From Gammaproteobacteria bacterium (GTDB lineage Bacteria; Pseudomonadota; Gammaproteobacteria; SZUA-229): a DNA stretch of 64,000 nucleotides. The number at the start of each line of letters is the position of its first letter. The first letter of the stretch is position 1. The stretch spans positions 15,403-79,402 of the forward strand of contig JAPHSS010000026.1 of NCBI GenBank assembly GCA_026195255.1. Direction: 5' to 3'. This document shows positions 19,271 to 29,909 of the stretch, one piece after another. The notes under the pieces were generated by a model that was not told the DNA's origin, did not search any database, and saw nothing but the letters and a program-made list of their open reading frames with translations. Both the position numbers and the translations under genes were made by a program.

Positions 19271-21557
19271 GGCCGATTATAATCAAACAACACTCGAACA
19301 AGGGTGGCAAAATGCTCAGTCATTAAGAAGCAGTCTGAAATCAGGGCTCAGGGATGATGATGTAGAGCATAGTCATACGCCGTTAGTAAAAAGCGTATTG
19401 CGTCGTTCACCTTTGTTCTCACGTCGCAAAAACACGAGTTTAGTCAATCGCATTATCTGGCTCTTATTGGTCTGGAGTGTCGTAGTTTATATTTTGGGTG
19501 TGGCTGGTTTATGGTGGAGCACTAATAAAGTTATCAAAGATAATTTTTCTCAACAGGCGACAGACTGGGTTTCCAAACTCGATGAATTAGGTACGCCGTT
19601 ATATGCAGCAAATGATGAGTTTTTATTTCAGTCAATAGAAGAACAGGTTAGTCGCTTTCCCGAGGTATCTTATTTAAGGTATTACGAGGCAGAGAAAAAT
19701 TCAATTATCGCCCAGTATTCAGCTGATAATATGACGGATAAAAAAATACCTGAGTTAAACTCTGCGACAATAGAAAGGTTACGACTTAATATTGATTCTG
19801 CTAAACCCGTACTTATTCAAACTGCTGATGATAGCTCATCACTATTTCAGGTCGCCTCTTCTATAGTGACACGATCAATTCGCTCTGAGAGCATGCTTGA
19901 TTTTGATATTGAAGAAGATTCTAAAGAAAATTATAAAATAATAGGTTACCTGGAACTGGGATTAGACTTTAGTCATTACCAGGATAAATTAAAAAAGAAT
20001 ATATTTATAGGTAGTGTAGCCGTTGCGGTGCTTTTTCTAATAGCAGCATTTTTTGGGCGAATACTCATTAAACGTTCACTTCGACCATTAACCAGGATGC
20101 AAAAACCTTTAGAACAATTAGCAAACGGCAAAATTGATGTGCATGTTGATGGTGAAGGTGATGAAGAAATAGTTGCAATAGCAAATGCCTTAAACACAAC
20201 AATCAAGGCACTTAAAAGTAGAGATGAAGAGTTAAGAAAACTTGCAAATTATGATGCGTTAACTGGTTTATTAAATAAACATAACTTTAATATTCAGTTA
20301 AAACAGGAGATACAGCGGACGATTGATGAAGGTGATAGTAGTGCATTGCTGTTTATTGATCTGGATCAGTTTAAACATGTAAATGATAATCTTGGGCATG
20401 CGGCAGGTGACAGGTTATTAAAGCAGGTGGCTAACCTTCTAAAAATTAGAATAAGAACAGAAGATGTTATTTCGCGATTTGGTGGTGACGAATTTACTAT
20501 TATTGCTAAATCTATAGAAGAAAGCGATGCCCGAGTTATTGCCGAATCGATACTAAAGTCGATGCAGGAATTTGTTTTTGTAGAAGGTGGGCAGGCCTTT
20601 AATATCTATTGTTCAATTGGCGTGGTAATAATAAACGGAGATGACTTTACGGCTGAGGAGGTATTCTCTCAGGCAGACATGTCATGTTTTCATGCGAAAT
20701 CTGAAGGTCGTAATCGTTATCATATGTTTGATTTGCCAGAGCAGGAAGAACTTCGTAAAAGTGCAGATATAAGTTGGTCAAAAAGAATTAGTGATGCAAT
20801 TCAGAATGATTATTTTACACTTTTTTATCAGCCCATAGTTAGCCTGAATGGTGATAAGCACGAGCATTATGAAGTTTTGTTAAGAATGGTTATGGGTAAA
20901 GATGAAATTATTCACCCCAATGCTTTTTTGCCGGCAGCTGAACGACTAGGTGTAGCAATTGATATAGACTATTGGGTTGTACGAAATGCGCTTAGAAAGT
21001 TATCAGAGTTTAAAGCAGATGGACGGGATGTACATTTGTCTATTAACTTATCAGGCAGAATTTTTGAAGCAGCAGATTTAATTGACAAAATTAAACGTTA
21101 TATAACCCAGTATGATGTTGATACAGATCATGTTGTATTTGAAATCACTGAGCAAACAGCGGTGCATCATATTGAAAAAGCCTGCGAAACAATTCAGCAG
21201 TTATCTGCTTTGGGCTGTCAGTTTGCATTAGATGATTTTGGTGTAGGTTTCAGTTCATTTAACTATTTGAAACGATTGCCGGTTGATATTCTTAAAATTG
21301 ATGGGGAATTTATTACAGATATGGCAAAAGACCCTGTAGATCAGGCAATGGTGCAGTCAATGATTCAGATTGCAAAAACTTTAAATAAAAAAACCACTGC
21401 TGAATATGTTCAGGATGCTGCAACACTGGAGATGCTTAAACGTTTTGGTGCTGATTATGTTCAGGGGTATTACCTGGGTAAACCGATTCGAGACATTACC
21501 AGGCAGAACTATGATGATGCCCTGGTGCGTGTTGAAACAAATATTCTAACGTTCTGA
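19260..21557 (+). CDS. membrane sensor diguanylate cyclase/phosphodiesterase (2TM periplasmic domain-HAMP-GGDEF-EAL)
   Basis: Two TM segments; GGDEF motif RFGGDEF; EAL-domain motifs EVLLR and DDFGVG. Confidence 0.85.
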   Translation: MESRADYNQTTLEQGWQNAQSLRSSLKSGLRDDDVEHSHTPLVKSVLRRSPLFSRRKNTSLVNRIIWLLLVWSVVVYILGVAGLWWSTNKVIKDNFSQQATDWVSKLDELGTPLYAANDEFLFQSIEEQVSRFPEVSYLRYYEAEKNSIIAQYSADNMTDKKIPELNSATIERLRLNIDSAKPVLIQTADDSSSLFQVASSIVTRSIRSESMLDFDIEEDSKENYKIIGYLELGLDFSHYQDKLKKNIFIGSVAVAVLFLIAAFFGRILIKRSLRPLTRMQKPLEQLANGKIDVHVDGEGDEEIVAIANALNTTIKALKSRDEELRKLANYDALTGLLNKHNFNIQLKQEIQRTIDEGDSSALLFIDLDQFKHVNDNLGHAAGDRLLKQVANLLKIRIRTEDVISRFGGDEFTIIAKSIEESDARVIAESILKSMQEFVFVEGGQAFNIYCSIGVVIINGDDFTAEEVFSQADMSCFHAKSEGRNRYHMFDLPEQEELRKSADISWSKRISDAIQNDYFTLFYQPIVSLNGDKHEHYEVLLRMVMGKDEIIHPNAFLPAAERLGVAIDIDYWVVRNALRKLSEFKADGRDVHLSINLSGRIFEAADLIDKIKRYITQYDVDTDHVVFEITEQTAVHHIEKACETIQQLSALGCQFALDDFGVGFSSFNYLKRLPVDILKIDGEFITDMAKDPVDQAMVQSMIQIAKTLNKKTTAEYVQDAATLEMLKRFGADYVQGYYLGKPIRDITRQNYDDALVRVETNILTF

Positions 21558-21664
21558 TTTAACGTGAAAACAGTGAATCACTCTATGCAGCTACAGTCGC
21601 AATTTTCTCTGCTGTAACGCGACAACAAATTTCATCCTTGCTGGTGCTCTTGTAAATATAACTT

Positions 21665-21855
21665 GTTCCCACGCTCCTGCGTGGGAGTGTATATACAACT
21701 GACAGTATTTCGTTTATTTAAAACAGGCCATAAATATCATGCGGTCATAAATAAAGCTTTTATAAAAAACTACCGTGTCTCTATTTGTGTGGGTTAATTT
21801 GAGTTAGATAGACAACCGATACCTGTATGCATTCCCACGCGGGAGCATGGGAACG
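21665..21855. repeat. REP/BIME-like pair of inverted 23-bp hairpin repeats flanking ~145 bp
   Basis: GTTCCCACGCTCCTGCGTGGGAG (21665-21687) matches the reverse complement of 21831-21855 at 20 of 23 positions; each copy is itself a hairpin (CCCACGC/GCGTGGG). Confidence 0.6.
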
Positions 21856-21905
21856 AGTCAAAAAAATAGCATCCTTACGTGTATTTTTACAAACATAACG
21901 GCATT

Positions 21906-22790
21906 TTAACGTTTTCCTCCACCACCAGCTGCGATGAGGAATTTGTCCATCATTCTTGTGCTTAAAATTCGTTTCAGGAAACCCATAATGTATGTTGGTT
22001 TAGTGACATAATATCTCGCCCGAGGTCGTTTAGCTTGCAGCGCATGAATAACTTTTTCACATACGGCTTCAGGCCCTAGAGTAAAAGGAGCTGCAGCTCC
22101 CTCTTTTTGTAATCGTTCTATCATTGATTTATATTGAGATGCGTGGCAGCTTTTATCTACATCAATATATTTATTAAAAGCCGTGAGTGCGTTAGCTCTG
22201 AATTCACTAATGATAGGGCCTGGCTCAATTAGGCTAATATGTATATTGGTGCCGATTAACTCTTGTCTTAGGGTGTCACTTATACCTTCGAGTGCAAATT
22301 TGCTTGCGTTATAGGCCCCTCTATATGGCATAGCCGCAAAACCTAAAACAGAGCTATTTTGAATAATTCGCCCATGCCCCTGTTTTCTCATTATTGGTAA
22401 AATAAGATTAGTTAATTCAACGGTTCCAAATAAATTGGTTTCAAACTGGGCCCTTAATGCATCACGGCTCAAATCTTCAACGGCTCCAGCTAGACCGTAT
22501 GCGCCATTATTGAAAAGGGCATACAATTCTCCATTAGTTTGATTAAGGACTTTTATTAATGCGTTTTTAATGGAAAGTGAGTCATTAAGATCTAATTGTA
22601 GTGAATTTAAGCCAAGTTGTTTAAGGTGCAGGACATCATCAGCTTTTCTGGCGCTTGCAAAAACCTGATATCCTCGTTTTTGTAATTCCTGGGCGGTAAA
22701 AAGCCCTATACCAGTTGAGCAGCCAGTGATTAATATCGATTTTTGAGTGTTCAAATTACGCCTTTTTGTAATTATTATTAGCAAACCCAT
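21906..22790 (-). CDS. short-chain dehydrogenase/reductase (SDR) family oxidoreductase
   Basis: N-terminal TGCSTGIG Rossmann motif. Confidence 0.8.
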   Translation of the reverse strand: MGLLIIITKRRNLNTQKSILITGCSTGIGLFTAQELQKRGYQVFASARKADDVLHLKQLGLNSLQLDLNDSLSIKNALIKVLNQTNGELYALFNNGAYGLAGAVEDLSRDALRAQFETNLFGTVELTNLILPIMRKQGHGRIIQNSSVLGFAAMPYRGAYNASKFALEGISDTLRQELIGTNIHISLIEPGPIISEFRANALTAFNKYIDVDKSCHASQYKSMIERLQKEGAAAPFTLGPEAVCEKVIHALQAKRPRARYYVTKPTYIMGFLKRILSTRMMDKFLIAAGGGGKR

Positions 22791-22901
22791 GAAATATTCA
22801 GCTTATCGCATTATAATACCGAGCCTTTCGCCTTGCTGCAGTATTAATTTATCGTTTGCGGTATGAGGCATTGAAACAAATTTACTAAGCTGGAATAAAT
22901 T

Positions 22902-24677
22902 ATGCGCAGTCATTACTGTGGTCAGGTCGATGAAAACCTGGTCGATCAGGAAATAGAATTATGTGGATGGGTGAACCGTCGTCGAGACCACGGAGGCGTG
23001 ATTTTTGTTGACTTACGTGACCGTGAAGGCCTTGTGCAGGTGGTTTTCGACCCTGATAAACCTGAGATGTTTGCGTTGGCTGAACGTGTTCGTAACGAGT
23101 ATGTGCTGAAAGTAAAAGGCCGTGTGCGTCTACGTGATGAGGCAGCTGTTAATGCGAATTTAAAGTCAGGCAAAGTCGAAGTCTTAGGGCTTGAGTTAGA
23201 AGTGCTTAACGCGGCAGAAACACCTCCCTTTCAGTTAGATGATCAGGGCGTGCACGAAGATAACCGTCTTAAATATCGATATATAGATCTGCGACGTGAT
23301 GAAATGCAGCAGAGAATACGCCTGCGCTCACAGGTTACCGGGTTTATCCGTCGTCATATGGAGGACAACGGTTTTCTTGATATTGAAACACCCATGCTGA
23401 CCAAAGCAACACCTGAAGGTGCTCGCGACTATTTAGTGCCGAGTCGTACACATCAGGGTGAGTTTTTTGCGCTACCTCAGTCACCGCAAATATTTAAACA
23501 ATTATTAATGATGTCTGGTATGGATCGTTATTACCAGATTGTGCGTTGTTTCCGTGATGAGGATTTACGTGCAGATCGTCAGCCTGAATTCACCCAGATT
23601 GATATCGAAACATCCTTTATGTCAGAAGACCAGGTAATGGACGTAACTGAGCAGATGATTCGTGAGTTATTTGCTCACGTTCTGGAAGTTCCGTTACCTA
23701 ATCCATTTCCACGAATGACATATGCAGAAGCCATGAATCGTTTTGGTTCTGATAAGCCTGATTTACGAATAGATATGGAGCTGGTTGATATTGGCGACCT
23801 GATGGAAGACGTCGAATTTAAAGTATTTTCAGGCCCGGCAAAAGATCCTAAGGGGCGTTTGATTGTGTTACGTGTGCCGCAAGGTGCAAAACTGAGTCGT
23901 AAAGAAATTGACGGTTATACTGAATTTGTCGGTCGTTACGGTGCAAAAGGTCTGGCGTGGATCAAAGTTAATGATGTAGAAGCAGGTCGAGAAGGTCTGC
24001 AGTCTCCTATTGTTAAGTTCTTACCCGATGAAGCTCTGCATGAAATCATTAAACGTAGCGGCACACAGACCGGAGACCTGCTCTTCTTTGGTGCCGGTAA
24101 TGCGAATGTGGTTAATGAGTCGATGGGCGCCTTGCGAGTCCAGTTAGGCCATGACCTTGAACTGGTTACTCGCGAGTGGAAGCCGTTGTGGGTTGTTGAT
24201 TTTCCGATGTTTGAGTGGAATGAGCGAGATGAACGCTGGAATGCATTACATCACCCGTTTACTGCGCCCTCTGGCAGCATTGAAGAGCTGCAGGCTAACC
24301 CCGGTGAATGCCTGTCTCGTGCTTATGATATGGTATTAAATGGCTGTGAGCTGGGTGGAGGCTCTGTGCGTATCCATGATACGGCTATGCAGCATAAAGT
24401 GTTTGAGATACTCGGCATTAGTGATGAAGAAGCCAATGAAAAATTTGGTTTCTTATTAGAAGCATTAAAATACGGCTGTCCACCGCATGCAGGTTTGGCT
24501 TTTGGTCTTGATCGAATGATTATGTTAATGACCGGTGCGAGTTCTATTCGTGATGTAATGGCATTCCCCAAAACGCAAACAGCGGCATGCCTGTTAACCG
24601 ATGCGCCATCAGGTGTTTCAGCTGAGCAGTTGAAAGAACTGAATATCCGTATTCGCAAGCCGGTAACAGAGTCATAA
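22902..24677 (+). CDS. aspS: Aspartyl-tRNA synthetase
   Basis: 591 aa, class-II aaRS with typical AspS N-terminus. Confidence 0.95.
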   Translation: MRSHYCGQVDENLVDQEIELCGWVNRRRDHGGVIFVDLRDREGLVQVVFDPDKPEMFALAERVRNEYVLKVKGRVRLRDEAAVNANLKSGKVEVLGLELEVLNAAETPPFQLDDQGVHEDNRLKYRYIDLRRDEMQQRIRLRSQVTGFIRRHMEDNGFLDIETPMLTKATPEGARDYLVPSRTHQGEFFALPQSPQIFKQLLMMSGMDRYYQIVRCFRDEDLRADRQPEFTQIDIETSFMSEDQVMDVTEQMIRELFAHVLEVPLPNPFPRMTYAEAMNRFGSDKPDLRIDMELVDIGDLMEDVEFKVFSGPAKDPKGRLIVLRVPQGAKLSRKEIDGYTEFVGRYGAKGLAWIKVNDVEAGREGLQSPIVKFLPDEALHEIIKRSGTQTGDLLFFGAGNANVVNESMGALRVQLGHDLELVTREWKPLWVVDFPMFEWNERDERWNALHHPFTAPSGSIEELQANPGECLSRAYDMVLNGCELGGGSVRIHDTAMQHKVFEILGISDEEANEKFGFLLEALKYGCPPHAGLAFGLDRMIMLMTGASSIRDVMAFPKTQTAACLLTDAPSGVSAEQLKELNIRIRKPVTES

Positions 24678-24712
24678 AGATCAGTCTGATGTGGTAAGAC
24701 AGAAACTTAATA

Positions 24713-24746
24713 AAGAGCTTTCCTCTGGAGAGCTCTTTTTTTAACT
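24713..24746 (+). terminator. Rho-independent terminator after aspS
   Basis: Stem AAGAGCT / AGCTCTT followed by a T7 run. Confidence 0.6.
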
Positions 24747-24840
24747 TGTGATTTTTGCTCTGTCTCTTAAGAGATAGTTGAAATTTAACCCTTAGCCCTG
24801 ATAGTCTGTAGTAATTAATTAATCCTCAAAGAAGATAAAA

Positions 24841-25935
24841 ATGAGTGCAGTCGCAATTCAATCCTATGCTTTACTCGATGAAGAAGAATGTGAACAGCGT
24901 ATTCTGGCGGCTAAGGAAGCATTAGGCGAGCGGCTGGTTATACTAGGCCATCATTATCAGCGTGATGAGGTTTTTCGACATGCTGATTTTTCCGGTGATT
25001 CTCTTAAGTTATCCCGTGCTGCAGCTGAGTCTAAAGCGCAGTACATTGTGTTTTGCGGGGTTCACTTTATGGCAGAGGTGGCGGATATATTGTCTCGCCC
25101 CGATCAGGTGTCTATTATTCCCGATATGGCGGCTGGCTGCTCCATGGCGGATATGGCAAACCTTGCGAAGGTAGAGAAAGCCTGGGCAGAATTATCCAGT
25201 GTTCTAGACCCGGATGAGTGTGTTACACCTGTAACCTATATTAATTCGGCTGCTGACCTTAAAGGGTTCTGTGGTGCTCATGGTGGTATAGTCTGTACTT
25301 CAACCAATGCACGCAATGTGCTCGAATGGTCATTTAAACAGCGCGAAAAAATTCTATTTTTCCCTGATCAGCACCTGGGAAGAAATACCGCAGCAAGCAT
25401 GGGTATAGCCATGGATGAAATGGTGGTATGGGACTATGATCAGGCGTTTGGTGGCCTGACAGAAGAGCAGATTAAAAAAGCTAAAATGATTTTATGGAAA
25501 GGCTTCTGCTCAGTGCACCAGATGTTTACCCCCGAACAGATTGATAATTTCAAAGCAAAACACCCGGAAACCAAAATAATTTCACACCCTGAAAGTTCAT
25601 ATGAGGTGTGTCAGAAGTCAGATTATGTCGGTTCTACAGAATATATAATAAATACCATTCGCGATGCAGAGCCAGATACCCGGTGGCTGGTTGCTACAGA
25701 GTTGAACCTGGTGAATCGCCTGAAAGACCAGTATGCAGCAGAGGGTAAAAAAGTGCACTTTATGTCACCCACGGTATGCATGTGTTCGACAATGTTTCGT
25801 ATAGACCCTCAACACCTGGCCTGGACCCTGGAAAATCTGCTGGAGGGTAATGTGGTTAACCAGATTTCCGTGCCGCATGATGTGGCCGTCAATGCCCGAT
25901 TAGCACTGGACCGAATGTTAGAGGTTTCTCCTTAA
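24841..25935 (+). CDS. nadA: Quinolinate synthase A
   Basis: 364 aa, NadA-like sequence including conserved Cys residues. Confidence 0.85.
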   Translation: MSAVAIQSYALLDEEECEQRILAAKEALGERLVILGHHYQRDEVFRHADFSGDSLKLSRAAAESKAQYIVFCGVHFMAEVADILSRPDQVSIIPDMAAGCSMADMANLAKVEKAWAELSSVLDPDECVTPVTYINSAADLKGFCGAHGGIVCTSTNARNVLEWSFKQREKILFFPDQHLGRNTAASMGIAMDEMVVWDYDQAFGGLTEEQIKKAKMILWKGFCSVHQMFTPEQIDNFKAKHPETKIISHPESSYEVCQKSDYVGSTEYIINTIRDAEPDTRWLVATELNLVNRLKDQYAAEGKKVHFMSPTVCMCSTMFRIDPQHLAWTLENLLEGNVVNQISVPHDVAVNARLALDRMLEVSP

Positions 25936-26200
25936 AGGTTCTCTTAGTTATACTGCCAATTTCTTATAAAGGCCTGATGTAGAGGCGCAGAGAAATAAAG
26001 TTGTATTTTTAGTGGTTTAATAAATGCTTTTCTCTGTGGCCCTGTGCCACTACGTCAAATCTATTTAGCAATTAATTTCAATGGTTATCAATAATAGAGG
26101 AGACAGTTAGCGTATAAAAGGTATAGGTTATAACTATCAGTGCGTTAAATAATCCTTTAAAAAGCTTTAAACTTTTGTTTCTTTTAGGTATTTTGTATTT

Positions 26201-26857
26201 ATGAAAGAGGCAGTGGTGCTTATACATGGTATTTGGATGAATGGTGCAGAAATGTTTCGTTTGCGCCAACGATTAACTGATGCCGGTTATGAATGTCATT
26301 TGTATCGATATCCATCGTTAAAGAATAGTCCCCGGGATAATGCTGAGGGACTGCATAAATTTGTGCACACGATTGACGCACATGTGGTTCATTATGTCTG
26401 CCACTCTCTCGGCGGGCTGGTTTTATTACATCTATTTGATAAACATATTGTTGAAAAGAAGGGCAGAGTTGTCTTTCTCGGTGTGCCAGTCAATGGTAGT
26501 CAGGTTGCTCGGCGACTTTCAGGTTCATTTTTAACACGATGGGCAGTGGGGCAAAGTATAAATCATGGCTTATTGGGTGATCGGCCGGTATGGAAAAAAT
26601 GGCGAGATATCGGCATTATATCAGGTGATTTACCATTAGGTATTGGATTATTGGTCGGTGGGCCAGTAACGCCTCATGACGGCACAGTCTCTGTAGAAGA
26701 AACATATCTCGGTGGCGCTACAGATTATATAACCTTACCTGTAACACATTTTGGCTTGTTATTTTCTGAAACAGTGTCAGTACAGGTGATTACATTTTTA
26801 CGTGCTGGAAAATTTGGCGATGAAGCTAGCAACCTGTTATTTGATGCAACTGGATAA
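26201..26857 (+). CDS. alpha/beta hydrolase (lipase/esterase-like)
   Basis: GxSxG nucleophile elbow HSLGG; N-terminal oxyanion region LIHGIW. Confidence 0.65.
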   Translation: MKEAVVLIHGIWMNGAEMFRLRQRLTDAGYECHLYRYPSLKNSPRDNAEGLHKFVHTIDAHVVHYVCHSLGGLVLLHLFDKHIVEKKGRVVFLGVPVNGSQVARRLSGSFLTRWAVGQSINHGLLGDRPVWKKWRDIGIISGDLPLGIGLLVGGPVTPHDGTVSVEETYLGGATDYITLPVTHFGLLFSETVSVQVITFLRAGKFGDEASNLLFDATG

Positions 26858-26862
26858 ATCAT

Positions 26863-27420
26863 ATGAAGATAATTATTAGAATATTAATTATTACGCTCTG
26901 TGTGATATCAAGTGCGCAGGCAAATTCCAGACTATATCAGTCTAAAGGTGATTTGCCGTTTGTTGAAATGATGCTCGGCATGATGACCGCAATGGGCATG
27001 ATAGATGAGGTTCCAGCGTATTTAACCAATCAGGGCAATTACAATAATTCAGATTTTTCTCAAGGTTACATTTATCAACCGGGTTTTAATGCTCCACTCG
27101 TATATCCCGGTCAAAATCCTGGCTCAGTTAATTATCCACAAAACATTAATAAACGTATTAGACTTGATGGCGTCTGGATTACCCAACATGGAGAAATGCT
27201 GGGTATTAAAGGTCGGCAGTTCCTGTGGAGTGATGGGAAAAGTCGTTATTTAACAGGCGAGTTCGTAAGGAGGCCGAAAGATTTCTCTTTAAAAGTAAGT
27301 CAAAGTGGATATATTGCAAGTTATCAATATCTGCTCGATGGTAATTACATGCAAACTCGAGACACAAATGGAGTTGTTAGAAGTTTTGTAAGAGCACCTT
27401 ATAATTCAGTTAAAAGATAA
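26863..27420 (+). CDS. hypothetical secreted protein (185 aa)
   Basis: N-terminal signal peptide; no recognisable domain. Confidence 0.45.
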   Translation: MKIIIRILIITLCVISSAQANSRLYQSKGDLPFVEMMLGMMTAMGMIDEVPAYLTNQGNYNNSDFSQGYIYQPGFNAPLVYPGQNPGSVNYPQNINKRIRLDGVWITQHGEMLGIKGRQFLWSDGKSRYLTGEFVRRPKDFSLKVSQSGYIASYQYLLDGNYMQTRDTNGVVRSFVRAPYNSVKR

Positions 27421-27936
27421 CGCTCGGTTAACGATGCTTATTTTTGTGAAAAACACAGATAATTCAATGTATTAATCAGGCGTTATTCAGCTCCTGTTCT
27501 CAGCTTAAAAGTAAATAATTGAAGTGGCCAGCCACTTAAGTAAATTTTAATGTTACTTTTAAGGTCCGAAGTTTTGTAAGGAAAAAAGCATGTACTCGTA
27601 TTGATGCGATAATTATTTTTACCATGAAGATGAGTGACGAAGTGAATGCCTTAGCAAGATATTATTTATAAGTTATTGAATTTATTGATTTTATAAGATA
27701 GTGGGTTAAATGATCGGTGTCATGTTTAATTGCATGACATGATCGAGATACAAGATAGGGAAAAAAGCCTATATAGTATTAACCACGATAGATCTATAAC
27801 ATCATTCATGACTTAAATTTATATAATTAGTCAGGCATAACTGACTATATTTTGATGTTTTCAATATGAGCATTTGAATATCGATTAAATTATATAAAAA
27901 TATTTATGCTGAATCTTGACATGGTGGTAGTAATAG

Positions 27937-28770
27937 ATGGCTGACACAAGAGAATTTAAAGTGTTTCCTATAGGAATATCTGAGAATGATATTCAGATAC
28001 TTAAAAGGATACTCAGAGTGTCAACTGGTTCAGTTAGAAATTATGTTTTGACTGATGAAGAAAAATCAGTTCCAAATAAATTATATCTGGTTAATTCAGA
28101 TAACGACAAGGCAGTTTCTTACTGGGTTAAGAAATATCTGGGGTCTGATAAATTACCAACCGTAGCAACCGTTTTCGCCGGCAAGAGAAAGATTAATGGT
28201 GCAAGACTATATAATCTTAAAATGCCATTTTTAGCATCCCAGGTAATTAGTACTTTTGATACTGTCACTATAAAGGAAATGAATTTTATTCCAGAATTAA
28301 CGATTGGTGAGGTAATGGATGAGACCGCTTTATCTCATAGTTTTCTGGAAAACATAATTGATCGAAATTCAAATGGGAAAAATTTATTCAAAGCACTGGT
28401 AGTTGATGATAGTCAGCCAGTTAGAAAACAGCTTGAAATCGAACTAAAATTATTAGGTGCAGAAGTGGAGGCAGCATTTGATGGTAAAAAAGCAATAGAA
28501 TTATGTAGAGATAATGATTACGACATTATATTTTTAGATGTTGTGATGCCAGGAATGGATGGTTATAAAGTGTGTAAGTTTTTGAAAAAAAACACACAGA
28601 CCAAACATACCCCGGTAATAATGTTAACAGGTAAGTCATCACCATTTGACAAAGTTAAAGGCACCTTGTCAGGTTGTGATAGTTATTTAATAAAACCATT
28701 AAAAAGAGAGCAGTTTGAAAATATTGCAAGAAAATATATTCCTGATTTGAATGAAACGCAAAGAATGTGA
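27937..28770 (+). CDS. chemosensory response regulator with degenerate N-terminal pseudo-receiver plus canonical C-terminal receiver (FrzZ-like dual REC)
   Basis: C-terminal REC has all hallmark residues (VVDDS, FLDVVMPGMDG, LTG, IKP); the N-terminal ~140 aa has a receiver-like hydrophobic periodicity without a canonical acid pocket. Confidence 0.7.
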   Translation: MADTREFKVFPIGISENDIQILKRILRVSTGSVRNYVLTDEEKSVPNKLYLVNSDNDKAVSYWVKKYLGSDKLPTVATVFAGKRKINGARLYNLKMPFLASQVISTFDTVTIKEMNFIPELTIGEVMDETALSHSFLENIIDRNSNGKNLFKALVVDDSQPVRKQLEIELKLLGAEVEAAFDGKKAIELCRDNDYDIIFLDVVMPGMDGYKVCKFLKKNTQTKHTPVIMLTGKSSPFDKVKGTLSGCDSYLIKPLKREQFENIARKYIPDLNETQRM

Positions 28771-28865
28771 AAAAAACCTATTTATAAAAAATGGAAAGTA
28801 AACTAATTTATAACTGTAAGGGCTAGATAATAAATATTTAAGTTATAGACCGAGGAGAAAGTATC

Positions 28866-29231
28866 ATGGCAATTAATAAAGTATTACTAGTAGATGACTC
28901 ACCAATGGATTTGGCAAACATAAGGTGTATAGTTTCTGATGCTGGGTATTCTGTAGTAACAGCAACAACAGGAATTGAGGCAATTGAAGTCGCGAAAAAT
29001 GAAATGCCCGATTTAATATTTATGGATATAGTTATGGAAGGTGCAGATGGTTATGATGCATGTAGAGAAATAACACAAAATGGAGATACAAAAACTATAC
29101 CCGTGGTATTTGTATCAAGTAAAAATCAGAAGGCTGATAAGGTATGGGCAGAGCTACAGGGTGGCAAAGCTTTTATTACAAAGCCATATACGCCTGAACA
29201 GATTTTAGACCAGATAACAGCGCTTAATTAA
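28866..29231 (+). CDS. single-domain CheY-like response regulator (PilH-like)
   Basis: 121 aa, LLVDDSP...FMDIVM...TKP receiver signature. Confidence 0.8.
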   Translation: MAINKVLLVDDSPMDLANIRCIVSDAGYSVVTATTGIEAIEVAKNEMPDLIFMDIVMEGADGYDACREITQNGDTKTIPVVFVSSKNQKADKVWAELQGGKAFITKPYTPEQILDQITALN

Positions 29232-29263
29232 TTAAAACCATAAACCCATATACTAGTGAGACT

Positions 29264-29803
29264 ATGATTAATACAGAAAATAATTGCCTTGACCCTGAAA
29301 GCGCATTAAGTAGATTTAAAAAACCTGAGAATCTACTTATTAATGATCACGCAGAAGGCAAAAAAACTGCAATCAACAGGTATGGGTTTGTTGTTGAAAA
29401 CATGGGTTTATTGATATCAGAAAATACGCTAAGTGAAGTTGTTCGAAATAAAAATATCTGTCCTTTACCAAATACCAGAAAGTGGATGAAGGGCTTAATA
29501 AATATTCGTGGAAATCTGGTTCCAGTATATGATTTATCATTATTACTGGGTTTAACGTCAGTAAGCAGCAACTACAATAATGTACTGGTTTTGGGTAAAG
29601 GGGTTCGTTCAGTTGCAGTTGTAATTGAAGGCTTGCCACGACAGTGTAATGTAAGTGACTGGCATAAGATGGTTGACTTCCCCTGTGATATACCTGGTTT
29701 GAAAGATCACATAATTGAAGTTTATATGTCTGATAAAATTGTCTGGATGGATTTCAATCAGCATAGTTTTTTTGAATCAGTAAAAAGAAATGTGGTTATG
29801 TGA
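29264..29803 (+). CDS. CheW-like coupling protein (PilI-like)
   Basis: 179 aa, CheW core INIRGNLVPVYDL. Confidence 0.7.
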   Translation: MINTENNCLDPESALSRFKKPENLLINDHAEGKKTAINRYGFVVENMGLLISENTLSEVVRNKNICPLPNTRKWMKGLINIRGNLVPVYDLSLLLGLTSVSSNYNNVLVLGKGVRSVAVVIEGLPRQCNVSDWHKMVDFPCDIPGLKDHIIEVYMSDKIVWMDFNQHSFFESVKRNVVM

Positions 29804-29909
29804 TTAATTTAAATATAACTATAAATGTAATATGTTTTTAATGATAAGAGTGTTTTTTTATACATAAATCATTGTGTTTTTTTTAAAGCATTATCTGGAG
29901 AAGTTTAAT

